A stretch of DNA of 64,000 nt, taken from the NCBI GenBank assembly GCA_963921275.4, contig OZ001293.3, positions 2,368,001-2,432,000 on the forward strand, written 5' to 3'. Positions 1 through 9,341 of this stretch are shown in pieces. Each line of letters starts with the position of its first letter. Within the stretch, counting starts at the first letter, position 1. This stretch comes from an uncultured Hormoscilla sp. GTDB lineage: Bacteria > Cyanobacteriota > Cyanobacteriia > Cyanobacteriales > Desertifilaceae. A program made the translations under genes and the position numbers. The notes below the pieces were generated by a model. That model had not been told where the DNA came from. It saw nothing but the letters and a program-made list of their open reading frames with translations, and did not search any database.

Positions 1-1
1 T

Positions 2-502
2 CAAGATTATCGACTTTTACATAATCTCTGTCGATTCTTTCTGGAAAATACTGGACCCTCTTACAAGCAGGGCGATCGCACCATGGTACCATTCTTAGTC
101 GATATGGAGCGTTTATACAAACTTTTTGTCGCCGAATGGCTGAAGTACCATACAGCAAAAAGCTTTTTGGTCAAGCAGCAACAGCGAGTCGCCCTGGATA
201 AAAATCTGCATTTTCGGATCGACTTAATCCTGTCTGACCCTCAAACAGGTGCAGCACGCTATATCCTGGATACTAAATACAAGACTGGCGATAAAGTGGC
301 GATCGGGGACTTCCACCAAATGGTCAGCTATGCAAAAGCAACAAAATGTTACGAAGCAGTTTTAGTCTATCCAAAACCCCTATGCTTTCCCCTAGACGCC
401 AAGAATGACGATATCCGAGTTCGCAGTCTGACTTTCTCCCTGGATGGCAATCTTAATGACGCTGGCAATACATTTCTGCAGGATTTGCAGAGGAGACGGT
501 AA
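2..502 (+). CDS. mcrC: McrC-like 5-methylcytosine restriction component, 3' part (5' end outside window)
   Basis: Frame is open from base 2 (QDYRLLHNLCRFFLEN...). PD-(D/E)xK-like 'RIDLIL...ILDTKYK', 'QMVSYA' and 'AVLVYP' motifs are typical of McrC. Confidence 0.75.
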   Translation, partial: QDYRLLHNLCRFFLENTGPSYKQGDRTMVPFLVDMERLYKLFVAEWLKYHTAKSFLVKQQQRVALDKNLHFRIDLILSDPQTGAARYILDTKYKTGDKVAIGDFHQMVSYAKATKCYEAVLVYPKPLCFPLDAKNDDIRVRSLTFSLDGNLNDAGNTFLQDLQRRR

Positions 503-550
503 ATAATTGTTAATTGACGTAAAAAGTTTTTGTAGCAGGAGGGTATGATA

Positions 551-1795
551 ATGAGCAAGCATCAATTAGCGCTCGACAATAGTCAAGTGCCAGAAGGTTA
601 TAAACAAACAGAGGTTGGAGTGATTCCTGAAGATTGGGAGGTTACAACATTAGGAGAAATAGGGCAAAGTTTGATTGGCTTGACATATAAACCGGATGAT
701 ATCCGTGAATATGGCACGTTAGTGTTGCGTTCTTCCAATATTCACAGCGATAGGCTAGCTTACGAAGATCAGGTTTATGTAGATAGTTCGTTATCCTTGC
801 CTTTAAGGGGAATTGTAGAAGAAGGAGATATTTTAATCTGTGTTCGTAATGGTAGTCGGCAACTGATCGGAAAATGCGCTATGATAGATTCTGTAGCAGC
901 AGGAAGCGCATTCGGTGCTTTTATGTCAGTTTTCAGAACCAAGATTTCTGGCTTGGTTTTCTATCAGTTTAAATCTGATGTTATCAAGAAACAGATTAAG
1001 GAAATTATGGGCGCAACCATTAATCAGATCACCAGCAAAGACATGGCTGCGTTCCAAATACCTTTGCCGCGTTCAGATGAAGAACAACGCGCGATCGCCC
1101 AAACGCTATCGGACGTGGATGGCCTGATTGCAGCACTGGATCAGGTGATCGCCAAAAAGCGCAACATCAAAACCGCCACCATGCAGGAACTCCTCACTGG
1201 CAAGAAACGCCTGCCGGGGTTTGACGGTGAGTGGGAGGTAAAAACTGTCGAAGATATAGCAGATTGTCTAGATAATATTCGAGTTCCGTTAAATGAATCA
1301 CAACGTAACAGAATGAAGGGTAATATTCCATATTGCGGTGCCAATGAAATATTGGATTATGTTAATGACTTTATAGTTGATGATGATATTATATTAATGG
1401 CAGAGGATGGGGGATATTTCGATGAATTTGATACTTGCCCAATTGCGTATCGAATGTTTGGGAAATGTTGGGTAAATAATCATGCCCATATTCTGAAAGC
1501 AAAAGATCATGTCAGTCAAGGCTTTCTTTTTTATTCGTTAGAGCACAAGGATATCCGCAAATTTCTTGCGAGTGGAACAAGAACAAAATTAAACAAATCA
1601 GAAATGGAAAAAATTCAGATAGAAATATCTTATAATTTAATGGAGCAACAAGCTATCGCAACTATCCTGTCAGACATGGATGCAGAAATCGCGGCCTTAG
1701 AAAAGCGTCGCGCCAAAACCCAAGCCATGAAACAAGGCATGATGCAGGAACTCTTAACCGGAAAAACCAGACTCATCGATCCAAACAATCCTTAA
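551..1795 (+). CDS. hsdS: Type I R-M specificity subunit (copy 1)
   Basis: GYKQTEVGVIPEDW N-terminus, two TRDs, conserved EQRAIA...MQELLTGKKRL repeats. AGGAGG RBS at 537-542 favours ATG 551. Confidence 0.93.
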   Translation: MSKHQLALDNSQVPEGYKQTEVGVIPEDWEVTTLGEIGQSLIGLTYKPDDIREYGTLVLRSSNIHSDRLAYEDQVYVDSSLSLPLRGIVEEGDILICVRNGSRQLIGKCAMIDSVAAGSAFGAFMSVFRTKISGLVFYQFKSDVIKKQIKEIMGATINQITSKDMAAFQIPLPRSDEEQRAIAQTLSDVDGLIAALDQVIAKKRNIKTATMQELLTGKKRLPGFDGEWEVKTVEDIADCLDNIRVPLNESQRNRMKGNIPYCGANEILDYVNDFIVDDDIILMAEDGGYFDEFDTCPIAYRMFGKCWVNNHAHILKAKDHVSQGFLFYSLEHKDIRKFLASGTRTKLNKSEMEKIQIEISYNLMEQQAIATILSDMDAEIAALEKRRAKTQAMKQGMMQELLTGKTRLIDPNNP

Positions 1796-1834
1796 ACCGC
1801 AAACTGCCATCTAAAACAACCAGGAGAAAATACC

Positions 1835-2038
1835 ATGATCAACGTCGGACAAAGCAAATTCGCTACTCAAAAACGAGTTATCGAACTCTTTGAACAGCAA
1901 CTCGGTTACTCAGATCTGGGATACTGGCACAACCGCCAGCACAACCGCATCCGAGTCCGCAGTCTGACTTTCTCCCTGGATGGCAATCTTAATGACGCTG
2001 GCAATACATTTCTGCAGGATTTGCAGAGGAGACGGTAA
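1835..2038 (+). pseudogene. Chimeric ORF at the duplication junction: HsdR-like N-terminus fused to the McrC C-terminus
   Basis: MINVGQ..TQKRVIELFEQQLGYSDLGYW resembles HsdR starts. The rest (IRVRSLTFSLDGN...QRRR) is identical to the McrC tail. Confidence 0.75.
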
Positions 2039-2086
2039 ATAATTGTTAATTGACGTGAAAAATTTTTGTAGCAGGAGGGTATTATA

Positions 2087-3445
2087 ATGAGCAATCATCA
2101 ATTATCGCTCGACAGTAGTCACGTGCCAGAAGGTTATAAACAAACAGAGGTTGGGGTGATTCCTGAAGAGTGGGATGTCCAGGCTTTGTCAGAAATGTGC
2201 GTAAAAATTCAGGATGGAACACATTTTTCTCCATCATTAGGAGGTAATGATTATCTTTACATTACATCAAAGAATATTGGACGCGGGGCATTAAATATTT
2301 ATAATGCTGAAAGAATTGATGCAATTCAGCACAGGGCGATCTATAGTCGTTGTGACGTAAGGAAAGGCGATCTTCTCCTAACAAAGGATGGAGTAAATAC
2401 CGGAAATGCTGCATTAAATCACTTAAATGAAGAATTTAGCCTATTATCGAGCGTAGCATTTCTAAGATTCAATACTAAGAAATACGATCCAAGTTACTTC
2501 CTGCAACAAATTTTGTCGTCAGATGGTCAGAATCGCATTAAAGATCTAATGTCTGGCAATGCAATTACTCGTCTCACGCTTGAGAAAATTCGTAGGGTTC
2601 AGTTTTCAGTTCCACCAATAGAAGAACAACGCGCGATCGCCCAAACCCTATCGGACGTGGATGCCCTGATAGCAGCAATGGATCAGGTGATCGCCAAAAA
2701 GCGCAACATCAAAACCGCCACCATGCAGGAACTCCTCACCGGCAAGAAACGCCTGCCGGGGTTTGGTGAGGGGAAAAGTTATAAAAACACTGAGGTTGGG
2801 GTGATTCCTGAAGATTGGGAGGTAAAAACCTACGGAGATATTTTTACGTTTTTGACAACTGCAAGCAATCCAAGAGCAGATTTATCGCTAGATCGAGAAG
2901 TTGAATATATTCACTACGGAGATATTCATACTAAATGGGATTGTCTACTTGACTTACGCCTTGAGTCTTTGCCTTCTATTTCTAAACAAAAGGTGAAAAG
3001 AGCAACCATTTTAGAAGAAGGGGATGTTATCATGGCTGATGCCTCAGAAGATTACGAAGGAATCGGCAAGAGTGTTGAAGTTATCAATATTAGTGAACGT
3101 CATGTATTCGCTGGTCTTCATACATTTCTATTGCGAGATAAAAATCAGGTTTTCACTGATGGATATCGAGGCTATTTACACAGGATTGAATCGGTCAAAC
3201 AATCAATCGATCGGATGGCTACAGGATTAAAAGTATATGGAATATCTAAGAAGAATCTCAAAAATATTTTACTACCTGTTCCTGGCAAAAAAGAACAACG
3301 ATCGATCGCATCTATACTGTCGGACATGGATGCCGAAATCGCGGCATTAGAAAAGCGCCGCGCCAAAACCCAAGCCATGAAGCAAGGCATGATGCAGGAA
3401 CTCTTAACCGGAAAAACCAGACTCATCGTTCCCAACAATCCTTAA
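2087..3445 (+). CDS. hsdS: Type I R-M specificity subunit (copy 2, different TRDs)
   Basis: Same conserved framework as copy 1. The central linker has an extra SYKNTEVGVIPEDW copy. Both TRDs differ from copy 1. Confidence 0.93.
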   Translation: MSNHQLSLDSSHVPEGYKQTEVGVIPEEWDVQALSEMCVKIQDGTHFSPSLGGNDYLYITSKNIGRGALNIYNAERIDAIQHRAIYSRCDVRKGDLLLTKDGVNTGNAALNHLNEEFSLLSSVAFLRFNTKKYDPSYFLQQILSSDGQNRIKDLMSGNAITRLTLEKIRRVQFSVPPIEEQRAIAQTLSDVDALIAAMDQVIAKKRNIKTATMQELLTGKKRLPGFGEGKSYKNTEVGVIPEDWEVKTYGDIFTFLTTASNPRADLSLDREVEYIHYGDIHTKWDCLLDLRLESLPSISKQKVKRATILEEGDVIMADASEDYEGIGKSVEVINISERHVFAGLHTFLLRDKNQVFTDGYRGYLHRIESVKQSIDRMATGLKVYGISKKNLKNILLPVPGKKEQRSIASILSDMDAEIAALEKRRAKTQAMKQGMMQELLTGKTRLIVPNNP

Positions 3446-3485
3446 CACCGCAAACTGCTATCTAAAACAACCAGGATCGAATACC

Positions 3486-3537
3486 ATGACGTCGGACAAA
3501 GGGAATTCGCTACTCACAAACGAGTTATCGAACTCTT
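3486..3537 (+). pseudogene. Second hsdR 5' stub, ending at a TGACAAC repeat tract
   Basis: Degenerate copy of 1835-1889, followed by heptamer repeats at ~3537-3558. Confidence 0.6.
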
Positions 3538-3558
3538 GACAACTGACAACTGACAACT

Positions 3559-4374
3559 ATGGCTCCTACAGTTTTAATCACAGGTGCGTCTCAAGGCACT
3601 GGCAAAGCCACAGCACTTCTGTGGGCACGAAAAGGTTACAATGTCGTGTTAGCGGCACGTCGGAATGGCGATCGCTTAGGGACAGTGGCCCGAGAAATCA
3701 GAGATCTAGGCGTTTCCGCCTTAGCTATTCCTACTGATGTGGGCGACGCCGAACAGGTAAAGGCGCTAATTAACAAAGCGCTGGCTTTCTACGATCGCAT
3801 AGACGTACTCGTTAATAATGCCGGCATCTGTCTGACGGGAACAATGACTCAAACCTCCTTAGAGGACTGGCAACAAATCATGAATACCAACTTGTGGGGT
3901 TACGTTCATACGATTAAGGAAATGCTACCCCACTTCCTAGAAAATCAAGCAGGGAGTATTGTCAACGTGGGTTCCTTTGGCGGGAAAATGCCTCTGCCCA
4001 ACATGACTGCCTACTGTGCCAGTAAGTATGCCGTGACGGGATTAACGGAAACCCTGAAGCTAGAATTAGCACCCCAAGGGATTCATGTTTGTGCGGTGCA
4101 TCCGGGAGTAATCAACAGTGATTTCATGGAACGGGCCTTGTTTCGGGGTTCTGACGAAACCGAGTCGGAAAGTCGTCGCCAACAGATGCAGGCGGTGCTG
4201 CAACAATCCTGGGTTTCTCAACCAGAAGACATTGCCCAAGCAATTTGGGATGCAGTTCAGTTCAAGCAGTCGGAAAAAGTCGTTGGTTCCATATCTCTGG
4301 CCACTGAAGCTTATCGGTTGTTTCCTGGTTTAACTCAGTGGCTCATGGAGCAAACTTTAATTACTAATAAGTAA
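3559..4374 (+). CDS. Short-chain dehydrogenase/reductase (SDR)
   Basis: TGASQGTG, NNAG and YCASK motifs. Confidence 0.93.
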   Translation: MAPTVLITGASQGTGKATALLWARKGYNVVLAARRNGDRLGTVAREIRDLGVSALAIPTDVGDAEQVKALINKALAFYDRIDVLVNNAGICLTGTMTQTSLEDWQQIMNTNLWGYVHTIKEMLPHFLENQAGSIVNVGSFGGKMPLPNMTAYCASKYAVTGLTETLKLELAPQGIHVCAVHPGVINSDFMERALFRGSDETESESRRQQMQAVLQQSWVSQPEDIAQAIWDAVQFKQSEKVVGSISLATEAYRLFPGLTQWLMEQTLITNK

Positions 4375-4428
4375 TGGGCCAGTAGCCCAAAAACCCTTCT
4401 CGATTAGTCTCACGGCCCGCCCGGGGTT

Positions 4429-4563
4429 CGGCACTGGTTCAGCCCGATTAAAAAAATCAGATCAATCCCTTGCCAGTTAAAGGTTTGACCGATTTTTTAA
4501 CGCCTCAAACCATGATGCTGTAGGGCATTCGAGCTTTCATTTAACTAGACTGAACTAGTGCCG
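4429..4563 (+). mobile_element. MITE family A, copy 1 (TIR CGGCACTGGTTCAG)
   Basis: Ends cggcactggttcag...ctgaactagtgccg. A diverged inverted copy lies at 8113-8251. No target duplication is evident. Confidence 0.75.
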
Positions 4564-4582
4564 CCCAGCCCCATAATCAGGT

Positions 4583-4755
4583 TATAGCATTTTTCAATAT
4601 GGTGAGGTACAGCGCTTAAATCCCCCTAAATCCCCCTTTGAAAGGGGGACTAAGAATAAGCCCCCCGCCTCTTTCCCCCCCTTCCGAAGGGGGGTTAGGG
4701 GGGATGGGGGGTTGGGGGGATTTTTATGTACCTCACTAATATGAAAACCGCTATA
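4583..4755. mobile_element. MITE-like element with internal CCCCCTT..AAGGGGG palindromes
   Basis: Imperfect TIR tatagc..tttca..gtgaggtaca / tgtacctcac..tgaaaa..gctata. Confidence 0.65.
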
Positions 4756-4777
4756 TTCGTTTTTACCCCTTTATTGT

Positions 4778-6355
4778 CTATTTTTGAAACGGCTGATAGT
4801 CGAGTAGAAGGCGCAGATTTTCAGGGGTAAAATAAAATTCCAGGAATTTGGACATGAAATGTTCTGCATCAAAACCTGCAGTTGAATCACCCTCATAAGA
4901 GGCCATCATTTTTTTCACATTGGTTGCATAAACATCCGCTCCGAATGCGCTGTCAATGGCTTTTGATACCTTTTGAGGATCTCTTGCCTGGTCCTTGAAC
5001 CCGGTTTCCAGGGCATCGAAAACCGGTTCGTTCAGGGACTGGATTTTTTTGATAATGTCCATGTCCAGGTTTTCAACAAACTTGAGCTGTGCTGATGCTG
5101 AAAGAAAAGAAAAATCCACATTTTCCTCTACAAACAGGTCCTGAAAGAATTTCTCCACCTTTGACCTGTGCTCTTCAGCCAGCTTGAAGTGACCGGCCAG
5201 CAGGTTGACCTTTTCCAGATAACGCTTCAGATGGGTTTCCCGTGTTTCCCGATCCACAGGCACTTTAAGCGAACCGTAATAGTGGTGGGGCAGGTCATGG
5301 AGTATTTCAACAAAGTCCTCCATAATGTAGATTTTCTTGGCATAAACAGGACGGCCGAACATGGGGAATTCCAGATAGGGCAGGCCGAATCCTTCCATAA
5401 CCGAGCAGGAGATAATCAGATCGCTTGCTGCAGCCAGATCGCGCAGTGCAAAATCCTTTCCTACATGATCGATACCGAATCCGGCAGCACCCAGCTTGTA
5501 CTTGCGGATGGCATTGAAGACCATGTCCTCATAGGGTTTGTCATCCGGAGAGTCAGCAGGCAGAGTGATCGTGAAAGTCAGTTCCTTGCGTGCGCAGAGT
5601 GCCACCAGAAAGGTCTCAAGCAGATTTTTCCTGCGGATAGTACGTCCGGCAAAGAGCAGCCAGGGACGGTCAGGATCGAATGTATAATTGTTCTTTTCTG
5701 CGTATCCTTTAAGCACCTCGCCGATCTCCTGTTTGCTTTTCTGAGGTACATGGGACTCGATCAGCAGCGGATCGGGAACATAAAAGAGATGGTCTGAAGG
5801 CATACCGCTTTCCAGATAGGCCCGGTAGTCGATTTTATTGATGACCATCCAGCGGGTACCGGGTGAATCAAAATAATAGGGCTCGGACAGGCTGGAATAC
5901 ATATGGTCCAGATTGGGCCAGCGGCCCTGTTCAGCGCTGTCATGCACATGCATCCAGATTTTCTGGTCCGGGACTTCCCGTGCGAGTTTCTTGAGCGCCA
6001 GGGTATAGGCCGCATTTTTTCCAAGGGTCGGGTTCTGGGCCCAGAGCACCTTGCCGCCTGCGCCAATGGCCTTGAACTGCTCCTTGACCTTTTCAGCCGC
6101 ATCTTCTACCTTGCCCATGGAATCGTCCCAGTAGAAAATTTCCCGGATGATGTCCAGTTCGATCTTAATGTCGTTTTTCAGACCTTTTTTAAGAGCATCA
6201 AAAAACCACTCGCTCTTTTCCTCAGAACCGAGAACAAACTGAATCTCGTCCTTGATATAGCCCTTTTCCACGAGCAGAAAGATGGTGTTGAGGATCAGTG
6301 TGGACACGCAGCCCGGGTACATATGGTAGTGCATTAAAACAGGACGAAAATCCAT
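4778..6355 (-). CDS. GT-B/GT4-like glycosyltransferase (foreign)
   Basis: GRTIRRKNLLE and SVMEGFGLPYLE motifs. ATG 6355 has an AAAGGA RBS. No HIP1 seen. Confidence 0.8.
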   Translation of the reverse strand: MDFRPVLMHYHMYPGCVSTLILNTIFLLVEKGYIKDEIQFVLGSEEKSEWFFDALKKGLKNDIKIELDIIREIFYWDDSMGKVEDAAEKVKEQFKAIGAGGKVLWAQNPTLGKNAAYTLALKKLAREVPDQKIWMHVHDSAEQGRWPNLDHMYSSLSEPYYFDSPGTRWMVINKIDYRAYLESGMPSDHLFYVPDPLLIESHVPQKSKQEIGEVLKGYAEKNNYTFDPDRPWLLFAGRTIRRKNLLETFLVALCARKELTFTITLPADSPDDKPYEDMVFNAIRKYKLGAAGFGIDHVGKDFALRDLAAASDLIISCSVMEGFGLPYLEFPMFGRPVYAKKIYIMEDFVEILHDLPHHYYGSLKVPVDRETRETHLKRYLEKVNLLAGHFKLAEEHRSKVEKFFQDLFVEENVDFSFLSASAQLKFVENLDMDIIKKIQSLNEPVFDALETGFKDQARDPQKVSKAIDSAFGADVYATNVKKMMASYEGDSTAGFDAEHFMSKFLEFYFTPENLRLLLDYQPFQK

Positions 6356-6462
6356 AATAAATCCTTTCAAATTATAAAATTTACAGAGACTCAGAGACTC
6401 AGAGGTGTTAAATCCTCCAATCAAATTATTAATTTGATTGGTATGACCTCTGTGGCAAATCT

Positions 6463-7941
6463 TTATCCTTTTAATTCCTTTATTCTGTCGAGGATGGCAG
6501 CGCGGCCGTTGTAGAAATCCATAGCCATGTTCTTCACAACATCATCCACCTGTTCATTGTAGAACTGCTCTGCTTTAGCAGCATCTACACCTAGTGAGCT
6601 CTGCGCACCCTCGATCTGCTCAACCGTTTTCAGACCCAGTTCGTAGAGCTTGAGTTTGCAAAATTCCAGGAAAGCGGCTGTATACAGGTAGTTAAGGGCC
6701 TTTTTCGCATTATCAAGGTCTTCGGTTGCAATAATGTAGCCTACAGCTTCATACAGAATGTCGATCCAGTCCTTTTCTGAAATGTTCATGAAGAGCGGAT
6801 CGTCCTGACCGGCCTTGGCAGCCTCAGAGAGTTTTGCATAGTTGTCCTTGACAATCTGGAGTGTTTCAGGACGGAGCACCTTTTCCATGAACGGAAGGAA
6901 ATCATTGAATTTGTCTAGAAGTGACGCGCGCTTTGCGTCAATGTTGAATACATCGGTTTCACCGGGATCGATAAAGCTGATACCGGTTTTGTCTGGTCCC
7001 CAAGGCACTACCGTATCGAGAGGTTTATCTTCACCCATGAGTTTTGACACCCTACCGTCTTTTTTCTCATAATAGAGGATCCGTTCCAAGGCTGCACCAA
7101 TTACCTCTCCGGGCATAACAGAAAGTTTGGCATCATCAGTGACATCGTGCAGTTTGGCCCCCAGATAGACTTCGTAGATTACTGTGTCATGGGCAATGTT
7201 GTCAAATGTGGTTGAGATATCAGTGCCATACCTACGGCGGGCATCGTTCCACTCTGTAATGGTTTCCAGCTCCACAGCACCCCTGCTCAAAACAATATCA
7301 CCGGAAATGCCGCCCGGTACATATTTGCCGATAAGAGTGGTCAGCGGTCCGACCACATTACGGGTCAAAGAAGCATCCACTTTGTGGCGTGCGTAACGGG
7401 CTGTGATGAAATAGTTCTTTCCGGGAAATTCCTTTTCATGACTCTCAATCACTCTTTTATAAACACCCTGCCATTCCTTCATGTCATTACGCAGGTCGCC
7501 GTCCAGCAGGATAAGGGTCTGTGCATCGGTTTTCATGAATTCCTCAAAAACCATCTTCAAAGCGCTTCCCTTGCCGGGTGTGGCATCACCGCCGTAACCC
7601 TCGTAGGGGCCAGCAAAGACGAGTACATTGTCTTTTTTATCATCCGGCAGGCCAGCAATAGTGTTTTTCCCTGTTTCCAGAGCAGCTTCGATATCGCCTT
7701 TGGCGCCTGATTTCTCAGAATAGGTGCCGTCTGTAACAACAAAAGCCACCTTTTTACCTTCAAATACATCTACAGCTCCCTCAATGCCGATCTTAAGCTG
7801 GGATTTGATATTTTCAGCACATTCATAGGTGGGATGACCGATAATAATATCTGCGCCGAACTCTTTTAACAGTCCGCCAAGATATCCGGTCTCCGGGTTC
7901 AGTTCGCCCTGATAGATATTCTTTTCGATTTGGACGCTCAC
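6463..7941 (-). CDS. GT-A glycosyltransferase, glucosylglycerate/mannosylglycerate synthase-like (foreign)
   Basis: ADIIIGHPTY, PGKGSAL, DGD, RHKVDASLT, GDIVLS, YGTDI and LGAKLHD match the Ggs/Mgs-type motif order. GTG start with AAGGAG RBS. Confidence 0.72.
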   Translation of the reverse strand: MSVQIEKNIYQGELNPETGYLGGLLKEFGADIIIGHPTYECAENIKSQLKIGIEGAVDVFEGKKVAFVVTDGTYSEKSGAKGDIEAALETGKNTIAGLPDDKKDNVLVFAGPYEGYGGDATPGKGSALKMVFEEFMKTDAQTLILLDGDLRNDMKEWQGVYKRVIESHEKEFPGKNYFITARYARHKVDASLTRNVVGPLTTLIGKYVPGGISGDIVLSRGAVELETITEWNDARRRYGTDISTTFDNIAHDTVIYEVYLGAKLHDVTDDAKLSVMPGEVIGAALERILYYEKKDGRVSKLMGEDKPLDTVVPWGPDKTGISFIDPGETDVFNIDAKRASLLDKFNDFLPFMEKVLRPETLQIVKDNYAKLSEAAKAGQDDPLFMNISEKDWIDILYEAVGYIIATEDLDNAKKALNYLYTAAFLEFCKLKLYELGLKTVEQIEGAQSSLGVDAAKAEQFYNEQVDDVVKNMAMDFYNGRAAILDRIKELKG

Positions 7942-8112
7942 ATCAGACTCCTTTTTATTAATGACATATTGAAAAATGGACTGATTTTACTGCTAAAATT
8001 TAATATAGTATATGGGGTAATTTTTGTCAATTGAAAACCGGAATATTAATATACCTCTTGCAAAAGCCTCAGGGAGAGGGATGATAAATTAATTTAGTTT
8101 CGCCTAAATCTA

Positions 8113-8251
8113 CGGCACTGGTTCAGTCTAGTTAAATAAAAGCTCGAATGACCTACACAATCATGGTTTTAAGCTATTAGTTAAAAAAACGATCTAACCT
8201 TTTACTAGCATGGGATTGATCTGATTTTTTTATCAGGCTGAACCAGTGCCG
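8113..8251 (-). mobile_element. MITE family A, copy 2 (inverted relative to 4429-4563)
   Basis: Perfect 14-bp TIR cggcactggttcag / ctgaaccagtgccg. The reverse complement aligns with copy 1 along its length. Confidence 0.78.
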
Positions 8252-8287
8252 GGCCGACTGCGAAGTGAGAAAATTACAGGCTTGTAA

Positions 8288-9226
8288 CTATAACCAGGGA
8301 CTGGTAACTCGTTCCAGTTCAGCAACATCTTCGGGACTCAAATTCCAGCCCAAAGCCCCCGCATTCTGACGCGCCTGTTCGGCATTTTTAGCCCCCGGAA
8401 TGGGCACCACACCGCGAGCAATTAACCAGTTAAGAGCCACTTGCGCGGGGGTCTTTTCATACTGTTCCCCCAGCTGTTTTAATAAAGATAGTACGGGAGC
8501 GATTTTCCTCAAACCCTCTTTGCCAAAACGGCGATCGAGCTTGCGGGCACCTGTGGGAATGTGCTCAGCTGTATATTTACCAGTGAGTAAGCCTTGAGCC
8601 AAGGGGCTATAGGCCAGAATTGTCACTCCTAAGCCTTGGGCCGTTTCCAGAATGCCATTGCTTTCAATTTTCCGCACTAGCAGGGAATATTGCACTTGAT
8701 TCACTGCCAGGGGAACACCTCGGTCAGCCAGAAGTTTATGGGCTTCCCGCATTTGGTCAGCTGGATAGTTACTAACTCCCACTGCTTTTATTCTACCACT
8801 TTTGACTTCCTCTGCCAAGCTATTCATCAAAGTTGCTTGACTCATGAAGAAGCCGAAAGGTTGATGCACTTGGTAGAGTTCAACTTGTTCTAGCTGGAGG
8901 CGTTTTAAGCTAGCTGTCAGGGCCTCGGAAATAGATTTAGCGCTGAATCGCCAAGGCAGAGGAAAATATTTGGTGGCAATTTGGGGGCGACGCCCGGTCT
9001 CTTTCATAAACCGACCGATGAGGGATTCTGACTCTCCGAAGCCGTAAACTTCAGCAGTGTCAAAGAAGCTGATGCCGCTATCTAGGGTAGCATCAAAAGC
9101 TTGTCGCACCTGAGTAGCATCGTAGTCACCGCCGTAGCCCCAAAATAGCTTGTCGCCCCAGGACCAAGCGCCAATCCCCAGTTGGGTGACGGCTGGACCA
9201 TTCGGGCCTAAGTTAATAGTCTGCAT
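8288..9226 (-). CDS. Aldo/keto reductase
   Basis: LGIGAW, FFDTAEVYG, LYQVH, VGVSNY, AYSPLAQG and PIPGA motifs. Confidence 0.93.
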   Translation of the reverse strand: MQTINLGPNGPAVTQLGIGAWSWGDKLFWGYGGDYDATQVRQAFDATLDSGISFFDTAEVYGFGESESLIGRFMKETGRRPQIATKYFPLPWRFSAKSISEALTASLKRLQLEQVELYQVHQPFGFFMSQATLMNSLAEEVKSGRIKAVGVSNYPADQMREAHKLLADRGVPLAVNQVQYSLLVRKIESNGILETAQGLGVTILAYSPLAQGLLTGKYTAEHIPTGARKLDRRFGKEGLRKIAPVLSLLKQLGEQYEKTPAQVALNWLIARGVVPIPGAKNAEQARQNAGALGWNLSPEDVAELERVTSPWL

Positions 9227-9341
9227 TGTTTTTTACCTCGGCTGTTTACATTTGTTCATAGTGTATCGCGAAATTACCCCAGTAGAGGTGCCCAAAGAGG
9301 TTTATGATGAAAAGCGGTAAACCTTTAGTTTCAGTGAAAAA

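Larger units (their letters stand above)
413..3537 (+). repeat. Direct tandem duplication of an [mcrC 3' end - hsdS - hsdR 5' end] unit
   Basis: 413-639 matches 1949-2175 (offset 1536). ~1079-1223 matches ~2620-2765. ~1643-1889 matches ~3292-3537. The TRD-coding segments between these blocks are unrelated. Confidence 0.9.

Noticed and set aside
413..3537. Invertible hsdS shufflon
   Set aside because: The repeats are direct, not inverted, and no recombinase is present in the window.
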